Shown piece by piece: positions 1 to 11,150 of a DNA stretch of 64,000 nt (its first letter is position 1; each line of letters begins with the position of its first letter). The translations under genes and the position numbers were made by a program. The notes under the pieces were generated by a model that ran no database searches, was not told the origin of the DNA, and was given only the letters and a program-made list of their open reading frames with translations. This stretch comes from Heteronotia binoei (taxonomy: Eukaryota), in contig NC_083229.1 of NCBI RefSeq assembly GCF_032191835.1, forward strand, positions 111,910,001 to 111,974,000, in the 5' to 3' direction.

Positions 1-69
1 TCAGCTTTCATGAGTCAAAGCTCAATGTCAGATGCCCTGGTTAAAATGAGCTTGTTATGACCATAATTA

Positions 70-237
<168 letters not shown>

Positions 238-379
238 CTAATCCGCCCCAGAAAATAACAGGACAAATTAATAAATCTGTAATCTTGATGACAATTTTAG
301 AAATGTGATGCATGCCACTGTAAAGAATCTTCAACAACTGGGTAGTGCAACATACAGTCCATAACAGTTCAAGCAGTCA

Positions 380-960
<581 letters not shown>

Positions 961-1474
961 CTATTAAATGTATATATTTACTACCCAGAGAAGTATGTGT
1001 ACAATGTATATCTACTGAATCCCTGCTATATCATGAACAGATAACCAAGAGTAGCTTTACTCTGACATATGACAATCCGTGTATGATACAAATACTACAT
1101 GACGAACAGCTTAAGATCTATTAGAATTCAGAAAAACAGCCTTATTGATTGGAATGACTAGGAAAGACAGAAGCTCATTTACTGTCAGTATAATTCAGAT
1201 ATCCAGGAGACAATAATGCCTTTGTTTGATTAAAAGTTATTTTTTTCCCCAGCAGCTAGTATATGACTGTAAGTTGATTTTTCAGACAGGCAGTGTACTA
1301 ACAAGAATCCTAACAGTCTAAGCTTCAGTATTCAAAGGTAAATTTTTAGCATTTGTAATAGTGAAGAGATATTTGAAAATATAACTACTCTAGATGTGTC
1401 TCTTTCCGAATTCCAGCACTAAAGCAGTACATAACCTGCAAGGAATCATCCTCTTGTTACAGGTTTATCCTATT

Positions 1475-1659
1475 CAGGGCTTTTTTTTTTGTAGCAGGAG
1501 CTCCTCTGCATATTAGGCCACACACCCCTAATGTACCCAATCCTCCTGGAGCTTACAGTAGGCCCTGTACTAAGAACCCTGTAAGCTCTTGGAGGATTGG
1601 CTACATCAGGGGTGTGTGGCCTAATATGCAAAGGAATCCCTGCTACAAAGAAAGCCCTG
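1475..1659. mobile_element. Fold-back hAT-type MITE, family A (CAGGGC...GCCCTG)
   Basis: Near-palindrome over its whole length; flanked by atcctatt/atcctact (7/8 TSD). Confidence 0.8.
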
Positions 1660-4510
1660 ATCCTACTCTAAACTACATACTGCATTTTTTTTAAAAAAAA
1701 ACCCTCTTCAAACTATAGCTCATATGGATAGTAGTTATCAAACACATGAAATAAATGCAGGTGCTGCCCAAGGAGAGAGAAGTCCCAGAAAAAAAGGAGA
1801 AAATTTTCCATCCTCTTCAAGACTTCCCCATTTTTTTAATGGAAACATCTGAAGTTTTGGGGAGCATCAAAAAAATCTTCTTTAAATCAGGAATCAGTAA
1901 AATGCTTTTTAGGACAAGGTTTTACTGATGCAAAATGCATAGTATGAAGCTTTTGTGCAATATTAAATCATTAGAGAACATTAAGTCCAGTGAAGATACA
2001 TATTTTTCCAACCTTGCATTTGTTTTGTTCAAATGTGGCCTTGCCCACAGACAAAATTACAGGCTTTCATTTGTTTATGATAGAAAACGCAAATTTTATT
2101 TTCAGACTCTTAAATGACAAACATGAGATATATTTACTATTGTAGCATAGCATGCAGCAGTTTACAGCCCATCTCCCCCACCTCTGCCATTGACGTAAAC
2201 CTTTACATTTAATTAATATGGCTAAGTTATAACTGATGCATTTTATGTTATTAAGGTAGTAAACAAGTTTGGGATTGATAAAAAAGTGACTCTGTACAGC
2301 ATATCCTCTTATACTGCCCATGATTTACTCAGTTATGTTTACACTTGATTAATCCAATCTTCCAAGGCTGCAACTAATAGAGGCATTTAATTTTTGCTAG
2401 CAGATAAATGCCCTGAAATTACTGAGCAGGTAGCAGAGTTTTTGGCACATGTACTGAAGAAGAAAGAAAGAGGAAAAGGGGAAAGTAAAAGAAAAAGAAA
2501 AAGGGAGGGAAGGGGAGAGTGAGTGAGTGAAAGTCTATATAATGTTTAATCATGCCCCCCTTCTGACTGTCAAGCCTTTTTGCTGTTAAACTTTATTCTT
2601 TTGTTGTTGTCTGTGGTACTCAAGATTAAGATTATTGTCCTTTTTATTCCTCTTATTATTAATTATCAGCTGGCATTATAATTTGATGAATCTATATTGT
2701 TTTATCTTGACATATGGGCAAATTGCGTGCTTATTCCTTTCTATGAGCTATTGTTATAGCATTAAAGGTTATTGCAATTGGATAAAAAAGTAATGATTGG
2801 TCATGGATCCATTTCCCCCAACATTTCTATCCCTCCCAAGACAAAGAGCCTTAAAACGTTTTCTCTTGTGGATTCACAATTTCTGGAAATTTTTCATTCT
2901 GTGCCCAAGACATCCTCTTTCCATGTTCCTGGGTGTATATTACAGTAATACACTGGAAAAAAACAAAAAGCTGCCATCTGGCCAATGCTTTAAGTTCACA
3001 AAAAAAAAAGTACCAAATTGAATTAACTGAGTGATGGGGTATAAAGGATGACGCCTTGAGAAGAGACAGGGACTTTCAGAGTAAATTTAGAAGAGGGGAC
3101 ATATGACCAGAATCAGATGATGGATGGAACACAAGAAATTAATCCTTCAGTTTATGTCTTTTTATGAGTAAGGCTTTTTTATTATAGGTTCAGTCTTTTT
3201 ATCAGCAAAATTTATTATTATTATTCATTAATTCATTCATTCTGCAAAAGCCCACAGAGAGTATTTTGCACCATCTCATTTATTGGATCTTACGCAGAAC
3301 TGGGATACAAACTGTCATTAAGGTCCCCCGAGGAATGCCCTGCAAGATAAAATGGAGAAGGGAACTATTGTAAACAACAGATTGTTCTTTATAATCTCTT
3401 TGTGGAAGATTAAGGAAGGATTAAGAAAGAGGACAGATAGAGGACAAGTTACTATTACTCTAAGATCTTTATCAAAAAAGTTTCATAACAGAAATGCATT
3501 ATATCGAGTTAACCAATAGCTACCATCAGATTTTCAAGTCAAATTCCAAAGAAAAAGTAATTACCAGTAATACCATTAAGATCTTAAAATATATTTCCCT
3601 AACTATAACACAGCAAGGACAATGATGAACCTATATAATTATTTCAGAAGTCATCTAAGTCGCTCTATACATTCTATCAGCACTAACCACTAAACATAAA
3701 ACCCTCTCAATAAAGTAAACAACACTGCCTGCATAAAAAAAGTAATGTAAAAACACATTATGACTGGCAGAATTAGAATCTAAGTAGGTAATACTGATCA
3801 GTTAACCATAAGCGTTGCCATTGTAAAACACATTCTAAAAAGCGTTTGGAAAATACACCATGCCCTAAGTAATTAACAGTGCCACTGAAGCTGTTATACC
3901 CTATTAAAATCAATGAACGTAGAAGGATGTGACTGCCTAGCATGGCACTGGAAATCAATTTTCCAGAGAAACTGTTTCCATAGCATTGATAACTACATTT
4001 GACAGCATGTACAATCCAGCTAGGGAATGTGCTGGTGATCCATGAGCATATCTCCAGTTGCTGCATTTTTTACTTTTTAGTCCATGCCATATTTGACTGT
4101 GAGGCTTATAATGATCATCGAGAAGTACTTCCATTTTCCACGGCCATACCTTTTACCAGCAGCCAAAAATTGCAACTCCTTCTTAGCAATAGGAACCCTG
4201 AGGTTACATACAAATTAGCAAAATTTGGCTGGCTTGCCACAAGAATAAGGAAAACTCTAATAATTCAGTCAGGAAATGGCTAAACACCTTTGCCAGTCTG
4301 TTTGCTGTAACAGCCATGTTTTGTTATAGTTGTAGTTTTATAACAGTATTTTATGTCTTTTATGTATGATTTTATGGACAAAGTTTTAATTTTGTATGAT
4401 TTTACTGCTTTAAATGCTGGCTTAGGCAGTGAATAAACAATTTATTTATTAAGGGAAGAAACAAAGAGGTCTAGACTGGGTTTTTACTTTATCCTTGGTT
4501 TTAACAAAAA

Positions 4511-4805
4511 GAGCCCCGAGGTGCAGAGTGGTAAAGCTGCAGTATTACAGTCAGAACCCTCTGCTCACAACCTGAGTTCGATTCCAGCAGAAGCTGGTTG
4601 AGGTTGCCGGCTCGAAGTTGACTCAGCCTTCCATCCTTCCGAGGTTGGTAAAATGAGTACCCAGCTTGCTGGGGGGAAAGTGTAATGACCGGGGAAGGCA
4701 ATGGCAAACCACCCCGTAAAAAGGTCTGCCATGAAAACATTGTGAAAGCAGCATCACCCCAGAGTCAAAAACGACTGGTGCTGTCACAGGGGACCTTTCC
4801 TTTTT
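4511..4805 (+). mobile_element. Sauria-type SINE (tRNA head, BovB-like tail)
   Basis: Box A/B-like head GGTGCAGAGTGGTAAAG...GAGTTCGATTCC, ending in ggggacctttcc; several near-identical copies in the window. Confidence 0.8.
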
Positions 4806-5009
4806 TTGGTTTTAACACTAATTTTACATCTTCAGTGTCTTAAAGTCTGTATTTGTATTTTATGTACATTTTAGGTGGTATCATATTTTAGTATATAAAA
4901 ATTATTGTATATTTATATAACCTTTTATTGGTTGTGAATTGGACTTTTATGAATTGTTGGCTGGTCTATGACCATAATAAATAAATAAAATTTACTTTTT
5001 ACTTTTTTC

Positions 5010-5155
5010 TTTGCTGTCAAGTCACAGCTATCATATGGCAGCTCGTATGATTTTCAAGGCAAGAAACATTTAGCAGTGGTTCACACCTCCTTGGTGGTCT
5101 CCCATCCAAGTACTAACCAGGGCTGACCCTGCTTAGCATCTGAGATCTGTTGAGC
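5010..5155 (-). mobile_element. 5S rRNA-derived SINE fragment (5S-Sauria-like)
   Basis: Reverse complement of 5093-5150 reads GATCTCAGATGCTAAGCAGGGTCAGCCCTGGTTAGTACTTGGATGGGAGACCACC, close to the 5S internal control region. Confidence 0.7.
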
Positions 5156-6326
5156 TATCCCTGTTGCTTTAACTATCTATAGATTGCAGCACTGCAGCCT
5201 CAATATGAATCAGAGAACCGTGTTCTATGTAATAGCACTATTTTAAGCAGAGCTATACCCTTTTAAGACTATTGACTTCCATGTACTTAAAAGGTGTAAT
5301 TCTGCTTAGGATATTAGCACCGTAACACATCAGAAACAACAAACCTATAAAAGATGCCCATAGTCTTTCAGTGAAATGGGAGACTTGCTTGCCAAACCAA
5401 GACAATTAGCATAGATTTCAGTAGCCCGGTCTGTGACACTGAAGACCAATGCTTTCTGCTGGAAACCCTGTGTTTTTAAAGAAATTTTATACTGTCTTAT
5501 TGATGTTAAATTTGTATTTATATTGATTCTATTCGTTTCTGTTTATATGTTTTTGTTTATATGTTCTGATCTGCCCTGAGCCTGCTTACAGGGAGGGCGG
5601 AATATAAATTTGAATTAAAAAAAAAAACTTTTAAAATTCAAGTCCAAATGTTAACAACCACGAACAGATACCAGGGCTTTTACCCAGTTAAAGAAAATTG
5701 ACTGACTGTGTGAATTTTAGATAATTATTAATTCAATATGCATCTGCATAAAAGCAATGGGTCTTAAGCAAAAAAACCCACAAGCAACTGTATTTTGTTT
5801 TAGATAATGTTTTATAGCAGACATAATCTTAGAAGAGGCACTGCTTCCTACCCAGGGCAGGAAAAACCTTTCCTAATATTGTGCATTCCATCTACAGTTT
5901 TTATAAGTAACATTTAAAATAACAGCTTATTTTCAAATGCCGTTTAATTAGGGCATTGTTTTAGTCAATATAAAATGTAATTCATTATTCTAACCAACCC
6001 ATCAGTCAGATGTTGCAGGCCTACTAAATGCCATCCCTTCAGCAGTACCTACCGGTGAACACAACTGCAGCAAATTCTATGTCTCAACAAGGCTTTAGAG
6101 ACATCAGAAACACGAAATTATTAAAAAGGAACTTAGGGGGAGTGTTGACAAACTGGATCGACTGGGAGCATGTGGTTTTGGTCACATTGTCAAGGTTCTG
6201 GAATCTTCAGGCAACTTATAAGAACATAGTACTGCCAGGACCATATGCTTTTACATCATAAGCTCTACTATAAAAGGCAGTGCTCTGCAGATGAATATGA
6301 AGATTTTGTATTGTGGTACTGCACTT

Positions 6327-6803
6327 AGAGACATCACCCTGCCAACAAAAGTCCGTATAGTCAAAGCGATGGTATTTCCAGTAGTAATGTATGGCTGTGA
6401 AAGCTGGACCATAAGGAAGGCCGAGCGCAGAAGAATAGATGCTTTTGAGATATGGTGCTGGAGAAGACTCTTGAGAGTCCCTTGGACTGCAAGAAGATCA
6501 AATCAGTCAGTCCTAAGGGAAATCACCCAGACTGTTCCCTGGAAGGTCAGATACTGAAGCTGAAGCTCAAATACTTTGGCCACCAAATGAGAAGGGAGCA
6601 CTTACTAGAGAACATCCTGATGCTGGGAAAGACAGAAGGCAAAATTAGAAGGGGACAGCAAAAGATGAGATGGCTGGACAGCGTTACTGATGTAACAAAC
6701 ACAAATTTGAGCAGACTTCAGAGAATGGTGGAAGACAGGAGGGCCTGGCGTGACTTTGTCCATGGGGTTGCAAAAAGTCGGACTCAACTGTGCGACTGAA
6801 AAC
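6327..6803 (+). mobile_element. RTE-BovB LINE 3' fragment
   Basis: Translates to RDITLPTKVRIVKAMVFPVVMYGCESWTIRKAERRRIDAFEIWCWRRLLRVPWTARRSN, the characteristic BovB ORF C-terminus; frameshifted and 5' truncated. Confidence 0.92.
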
Positions 6804-7119
6804 AACCACTGCTCTTCAGTATTACACAAAGAGGAAGTAGTTTTCTTTTTTAATCTGAAGATTCATCATGAGTTTGCCATCAGGAAGAATTGAAATAAAG
6901 TACTGGATATTTTGACAACTACCGGAGTGAGAAGTATTATTTAGGCAATAGCGCTGCTGTGTTTTTAGCATACTAATAAGAACTACCAAGTTACACCCAA
7001 AGTCTTGGAAAAGATACTCTCCTTGCTCAAAGCAAACATATTGCCCTGCACCGATATAATATTGAAAGACCAACAGAAAGCACAGGCAAGCTAGTGCAGA
7101 TGCTAGTGCTGCGCCAGAG

Positions 7120-7330
7120 AACATAAGAACAACGGCCTATTTAGTCCAGCATCTTGTTTCACACAAGCAGCCAGATACCATTGGAAGACCTCCAAGCAGG
7201 ATATGAAGGCCTTCTATATTGCTGCCCCCCCCCCCCCGGGAATCAAAAGGTTACCGCTTCTGAACATTAAGACTTTGCATTGTCACTGACTAACCTATCC
7301 TCCATGAATTTGTCTACATCCTTTTCAAGT
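7120..7330 (-). mobile_element. CR1-like LINE 3' end
   Basis: AGAACATAAGAAC tail motif plus tagtccagcatc; similar copies at about 14440, 31662, 41377 and 48910. Confidence 0.55.
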
Positions 7331-8634
7331 CCCAAGTAGATCCTACGGCAGATCCACAAGCAAATTATTCACTGAGTGAAGAAATGCTTCCGAATACCTC
7401 TTTTAAATCTATCCTTCATAAAGTTATTGCTGGCTGGAATACTAATGCTCAAAGCAATAAGCTGCAATCCTGAGTTCAACCTGTGGGTGCTTATTACAGC
7501 TTTTTAAAGACAACTTTCTCCCTATTTTCTCATTTTAAAACAGACCATATTAGTCAACTTTCAGAAAACCAGGGGAATTCACTTTCACTCTTGTGGGGGG
7601 TGGGAATTCAAAGATATGAATACTATGCTGCTGAAGGCTTGACTCCCACACAGCCCAGAAGAAATTCATACACAGATCTATAGCAATCTACACACAGAAC
7701 CACCACTCTCTTCAAACCCAGAGATCAGAGTACCGACCTTTCAAATTAGAGTATGCAACACAAACATAGATTGCCCCCACAATCAAAGAGACAGCTGCTA
7801 AAACACCTTCTCCCACTAGAAACAGGAGCCTTCACTGAAGGACACCCCCCCCACACACAAAATTAGGATCTCAAATAGGGTTCATCTTGATACACTTTTC
7901 TTCTTTTGTTTACTTTTACAGGGCAAAGTGTTTCTGTTGCTAAACAGTAACAAGTGGTAGCCTAGGTAGTAAAACAGACCTTTCACATCCTTTTATTCAT
8001 ACGAAAGGTACAGCCTTTGTTTTATGCCTGAAGAATGCAAAGCTCTTCCTCTCCTTGGACTCCCGTCAATATGCCCACAAAAGAGAAAGCTTTCTCCACC
8101 GCCCTACTGTATCTTTGATACAGCACACAGCTATGTAAGATGCAGTCAAACGATTTGCCAAGTTTCTACTCATTTGTTACAGTCTAGTCTTAACACATTC
8201 ATCTGAAAGTCTGTTCCCTTGATCTCAGGTGGATGAACTTCCAAGTAACCTTATGTAGAGTCAGGTGCAGCTATAGAAATCAAATCCACACTCTGCCATG
8301 CAGCATGCTGGGTGCAATTGGGCTAGTCACTTTCTCTCTCAGCCTGATCTGTGTCACAAGGTTGTTGTGAGGACAGAACAGGCACCAGAGAGCCATGCAC
8401 AATATGTGCCCATGATCCTTGGAGAAAAGGCAAGATAAAAAAAAATGTAATGGATGCTTTCCACTGAAATCGATAGGACTGTAAAAAGCTCTTATCTCCA
8501 CAAGCATGTGTGCCCTAGAAAAGCAATGCCAAACACATTCTGAATAAAACTTTGTTGGTCTTAAAGGTGCTACTTGACTCACTACGTCCAATGTTAAGAA
8601 CCCAGAGGACTGCAGTCTTAGATGCACTCCCAAG

Positions 8635-8825
8635 CAGTGCTCCCTCTAAGCTGAGTTAGTGTGAGCCAGCTCAGTTTTTTTAGCCTCCAGCTCACACTTT
8701 TTTGTTTTAGCTCAGGAAAAATGGCCCCAGAGCAAACTGATCTATACAGTAGCTCACAGCTTTAATGACAGTAGCTCACAAAGCAGAATATTTGCTCACA
8801 AGACTCCATAGTTGAGGGAGCATGG
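8635..8825. mobile_element. hAT-type MITE, family B (CAGTGYTCCCTCTAAG...GAGGGARCATKG)
   Basis: Terminal inverted repeats and a perfect 8-bp TSD CTCCCAAG (8627-8634, 8826-8833). Confidence 0.85.
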
Positions 8826-8989
8826 CTCCCAAGTAAACCTATTGGGAGGGGGCACATGTTTAAGGCCATGGCTCTCCCTAAAGTCATCTTACTTTGTAAG
8901 TCATCTTACTCTTACCCTCAAACAAAAGTCACATCATAGCTTTTTATGAATAACAACCAAAACACCACAATGCAGAACAGAAGCACTCC

Positions 8990-9425
8990 ATTGTCTGCTG
9001 GGCACTCCATTATTCCCTATGGAGACCAATTCCCATAGGGTATAATGGAGAATTGATCCGCAGGTATCTGGGGCTCGGGGGGGGGCGTGTTTTGAGGTAG
9101 AGAGGCACCACATTTTCTGTATAGCATCCAGTGCCTCTCCCCAAAATACCCCCCCAAGCTTCAAAAAGATTGGACCAGGCGGTCCTATTCCATGAGCCCC
9201 AAAAGAAGGTGCCCCTATCCTTTACTTCCAGTGGAGGGAAGGCATTTAAAAAGGTATGCGGTCCCTTTCACTGTGATGGCCAGAACTCCCTTTGGAGTTC
9301 AATTACGCTCGTCACAACCTTGCTTCTGGCTCCACCCCCCCAAAGGCTTCTGGCTCCACCCCCAAAGTCTCCTGGCTCCACCCCCAAAGTCCCCAGATAT
9401 TTCTTGAACTGGACCTGGCAACCTA
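8990..9425. mobile_element. Truncated DNA-transposon-like repeat ending in GGCAACCTA
   Basis: Shares its terminus with the TAGGGTTGCC...GGCAACCCTA elements at 13201 and 16849; abuts the MAK CpG island. Confidence 0.5.
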
Positions 9426-9429
9426 GCGG

Positions 9430-9860
9430 GAAGCCGCCCACCCGCCCTCCACCCACCCAACCAACTTCGCTTCTGCCTCGTCGCCACGCCCCCACTCCTC
9501 CGCCCCCCTCGCTTGGCTGCGCACTCACTGCGGATCTCCTGACGGCCTCGGGAGGCGCCGGGGCCGCGGCCTCACCCTCCGGGTCCTCCTTGTCCTCGCG
9601 GTCGCCTCATCCCAACCGCCGACAGCTCCTTAGACTCGGCCCGGCCCGGGCTCTGCGCCGGCGGCCACTCGTCACCCAGGCAACAGCCCGCGGAACCAAT
9701 GACAAGCGCCGCCGCCGGGGCGCGAGGGAGGACGTCCGGGAGGGGGCGGAGCGGGAAGCTCGAGAGGCGGGGCAAAGGGGAAAGATGCAATCGAGAGGGC
9801 GCTCGCTCCGCGCGGCGGCTGTGATTGGTTGACCGCTTGACGGCCTCTTGCACCCTACGT
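9430..9860 (-). promoter_or_regulatory. MAK: MAK CpG-island promoter and non-coding first exon
   Basis: CpG-dense block; GC boxes; CCAAT at 9696-9700 and ATTGG at 9824-9828; X-box at 9671-9684; minus-strand donors GTGAGG (9575) and GTGAGT (9528). Confidence 0.75.
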
Positions 9861-10026
9861 AGATAGATCCAGGTAGGCAGCGGTAGAACAAAGTAGAAGT
9901 CAAGTGGCGCTTTTAAGACCAACAGAGTTTTATTCAGAATGTAAGCTTTCGTGTGCTTTAAGCACACTTCATCAGACAAGGAATCAGGTACAGAGAGCAG
10001 AGCTACGTATAGCTGTAGTCAGTGGT

Positions 10027-10752
10027 CCTCTTGTGGAGGGTGAAAGAGGACAGCGCAAAAGTAGGCTTGAAACTCAACATAAACAAAACTAAGATCATGG
10101 CATCCGGCCCTGTTACACCTTGGCAAATAGAAGGGGAAGATATGGAAGTAGTGATGGACTTCACATATATGGGGTCCAAGATCACTGCATATGGTGACTG
10201 TAGCCATGAAATTAAAAGACATTTGCTCCTTGGGAAGACAGCTATGGCGAACCTGGGCAGTATAATAAAAAGCAGAGACATCACCCTGCCAACAAGAGTC
10301 CGTATAGTCAAAGTGATGGTATTCCCAGTAGTAATGTTTGGCTGTGAGAGCTGGACCATAAGGAAGGCCGAGTGCAGAAGAATAGATGCTTTTGAGCTGT
10401 GGTGCTGGAGAAGAATCTTGAGAGTCCCTTGGACTGCAAGAAAATCAGTCAGTCAGTCTTAAGGGAAATCAACCCAGACTGTTCCCTGGAAAGTCAGATG
10501 CTGAAGCTGAAGTTGAAATACTTTGGCCACCAAATGAGAAGGGAGCACTCCCTGGAGAAGACCCTGATGCTGGGAAAGACAGAAGGCAAAAGAAGAAGGG
10601 GACGGCAAAAGATGAGATGGCTGGACAGCATTACTGATGTAACAAACACGAATTTGAGCAGACTTTGGAGGATGGTGGAAGACAGGAGGGCCTGGTGTGA
10701 CTTTGTCCATTGGGCCGCAAAGAGTCAGACTTGACTGTGCGACTGAACAGCA
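10027..10752 (+). mobile_element. RTE-BovB LINE 3' fragment
   Basis: ORFs 10022-10462 and 10399-10734 give KVGLKLNINKTKIM...YGDCSHEIKRHLLLG...RVPWTARK and LKYFGHQMRREHSLEKTLMLGK. Confidence 0.93.
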
Positions 10753-10875
10753 AAGTTGTTTAGAATGCTAAATGGTACAAATTTAAAGTCCAGTGACAGA
10801 ATATTAAAATTAACAGAAGAGGATGGGAAAAACATCTAAGAAACAAATGCCCTCATTTTGGCCCAGGCTTAAGAG

Positions 10876-11150
10876 AGCCAGTTTGGTGTAGTGGTTAAGT
10901 GTGTAGACTCTTATCTGGGAGAACCAGGTTTGATTCCCCTCTCCTCCACTTGCACCTGCTGGAATGGCCTTCAGTTAGCCGTAGCTATCGCAGAGGTTGT
11001 CCTTGAAAGGGCAGCTGCTGTAAGAGCCCTCTCAGCCCCACCCACCTCACAGGGTGTCTGTTGTGGGGGGAGAAGATAAAGGAGATTGTGAGCCACTCTC
11101 AGTCTCTGATTCAGAGAGAAGGGCGGGGTATAAATCTGCAGTTCTTCTAT
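10876..11150 (+). mobile_element. tRNA/CORE SINE (MIR-derived, Squam3-like)
   Basis: GCCAGTTTGGTGTAGTGGTTAAG head, CACCTCACAGGGTGTCTGTTGTG core and GAAGGGCGGGGTATAAATC tail. Confidence 0.75.

Noticed and set aside
1900-4300. Possible degraded L1-like ORF2 remnants in MAK intron 1
   Set aside because: Only vague motif resemblance; no frame or boundaries could be supported.
9131-9832. 233-aa plus-strand ORF and overlapping ORFs
   Set aside because: Spans a transposon end and the GC-rich MAK CpG island; low-complexity Pro/Arg/Ala content; no recognisable domain.
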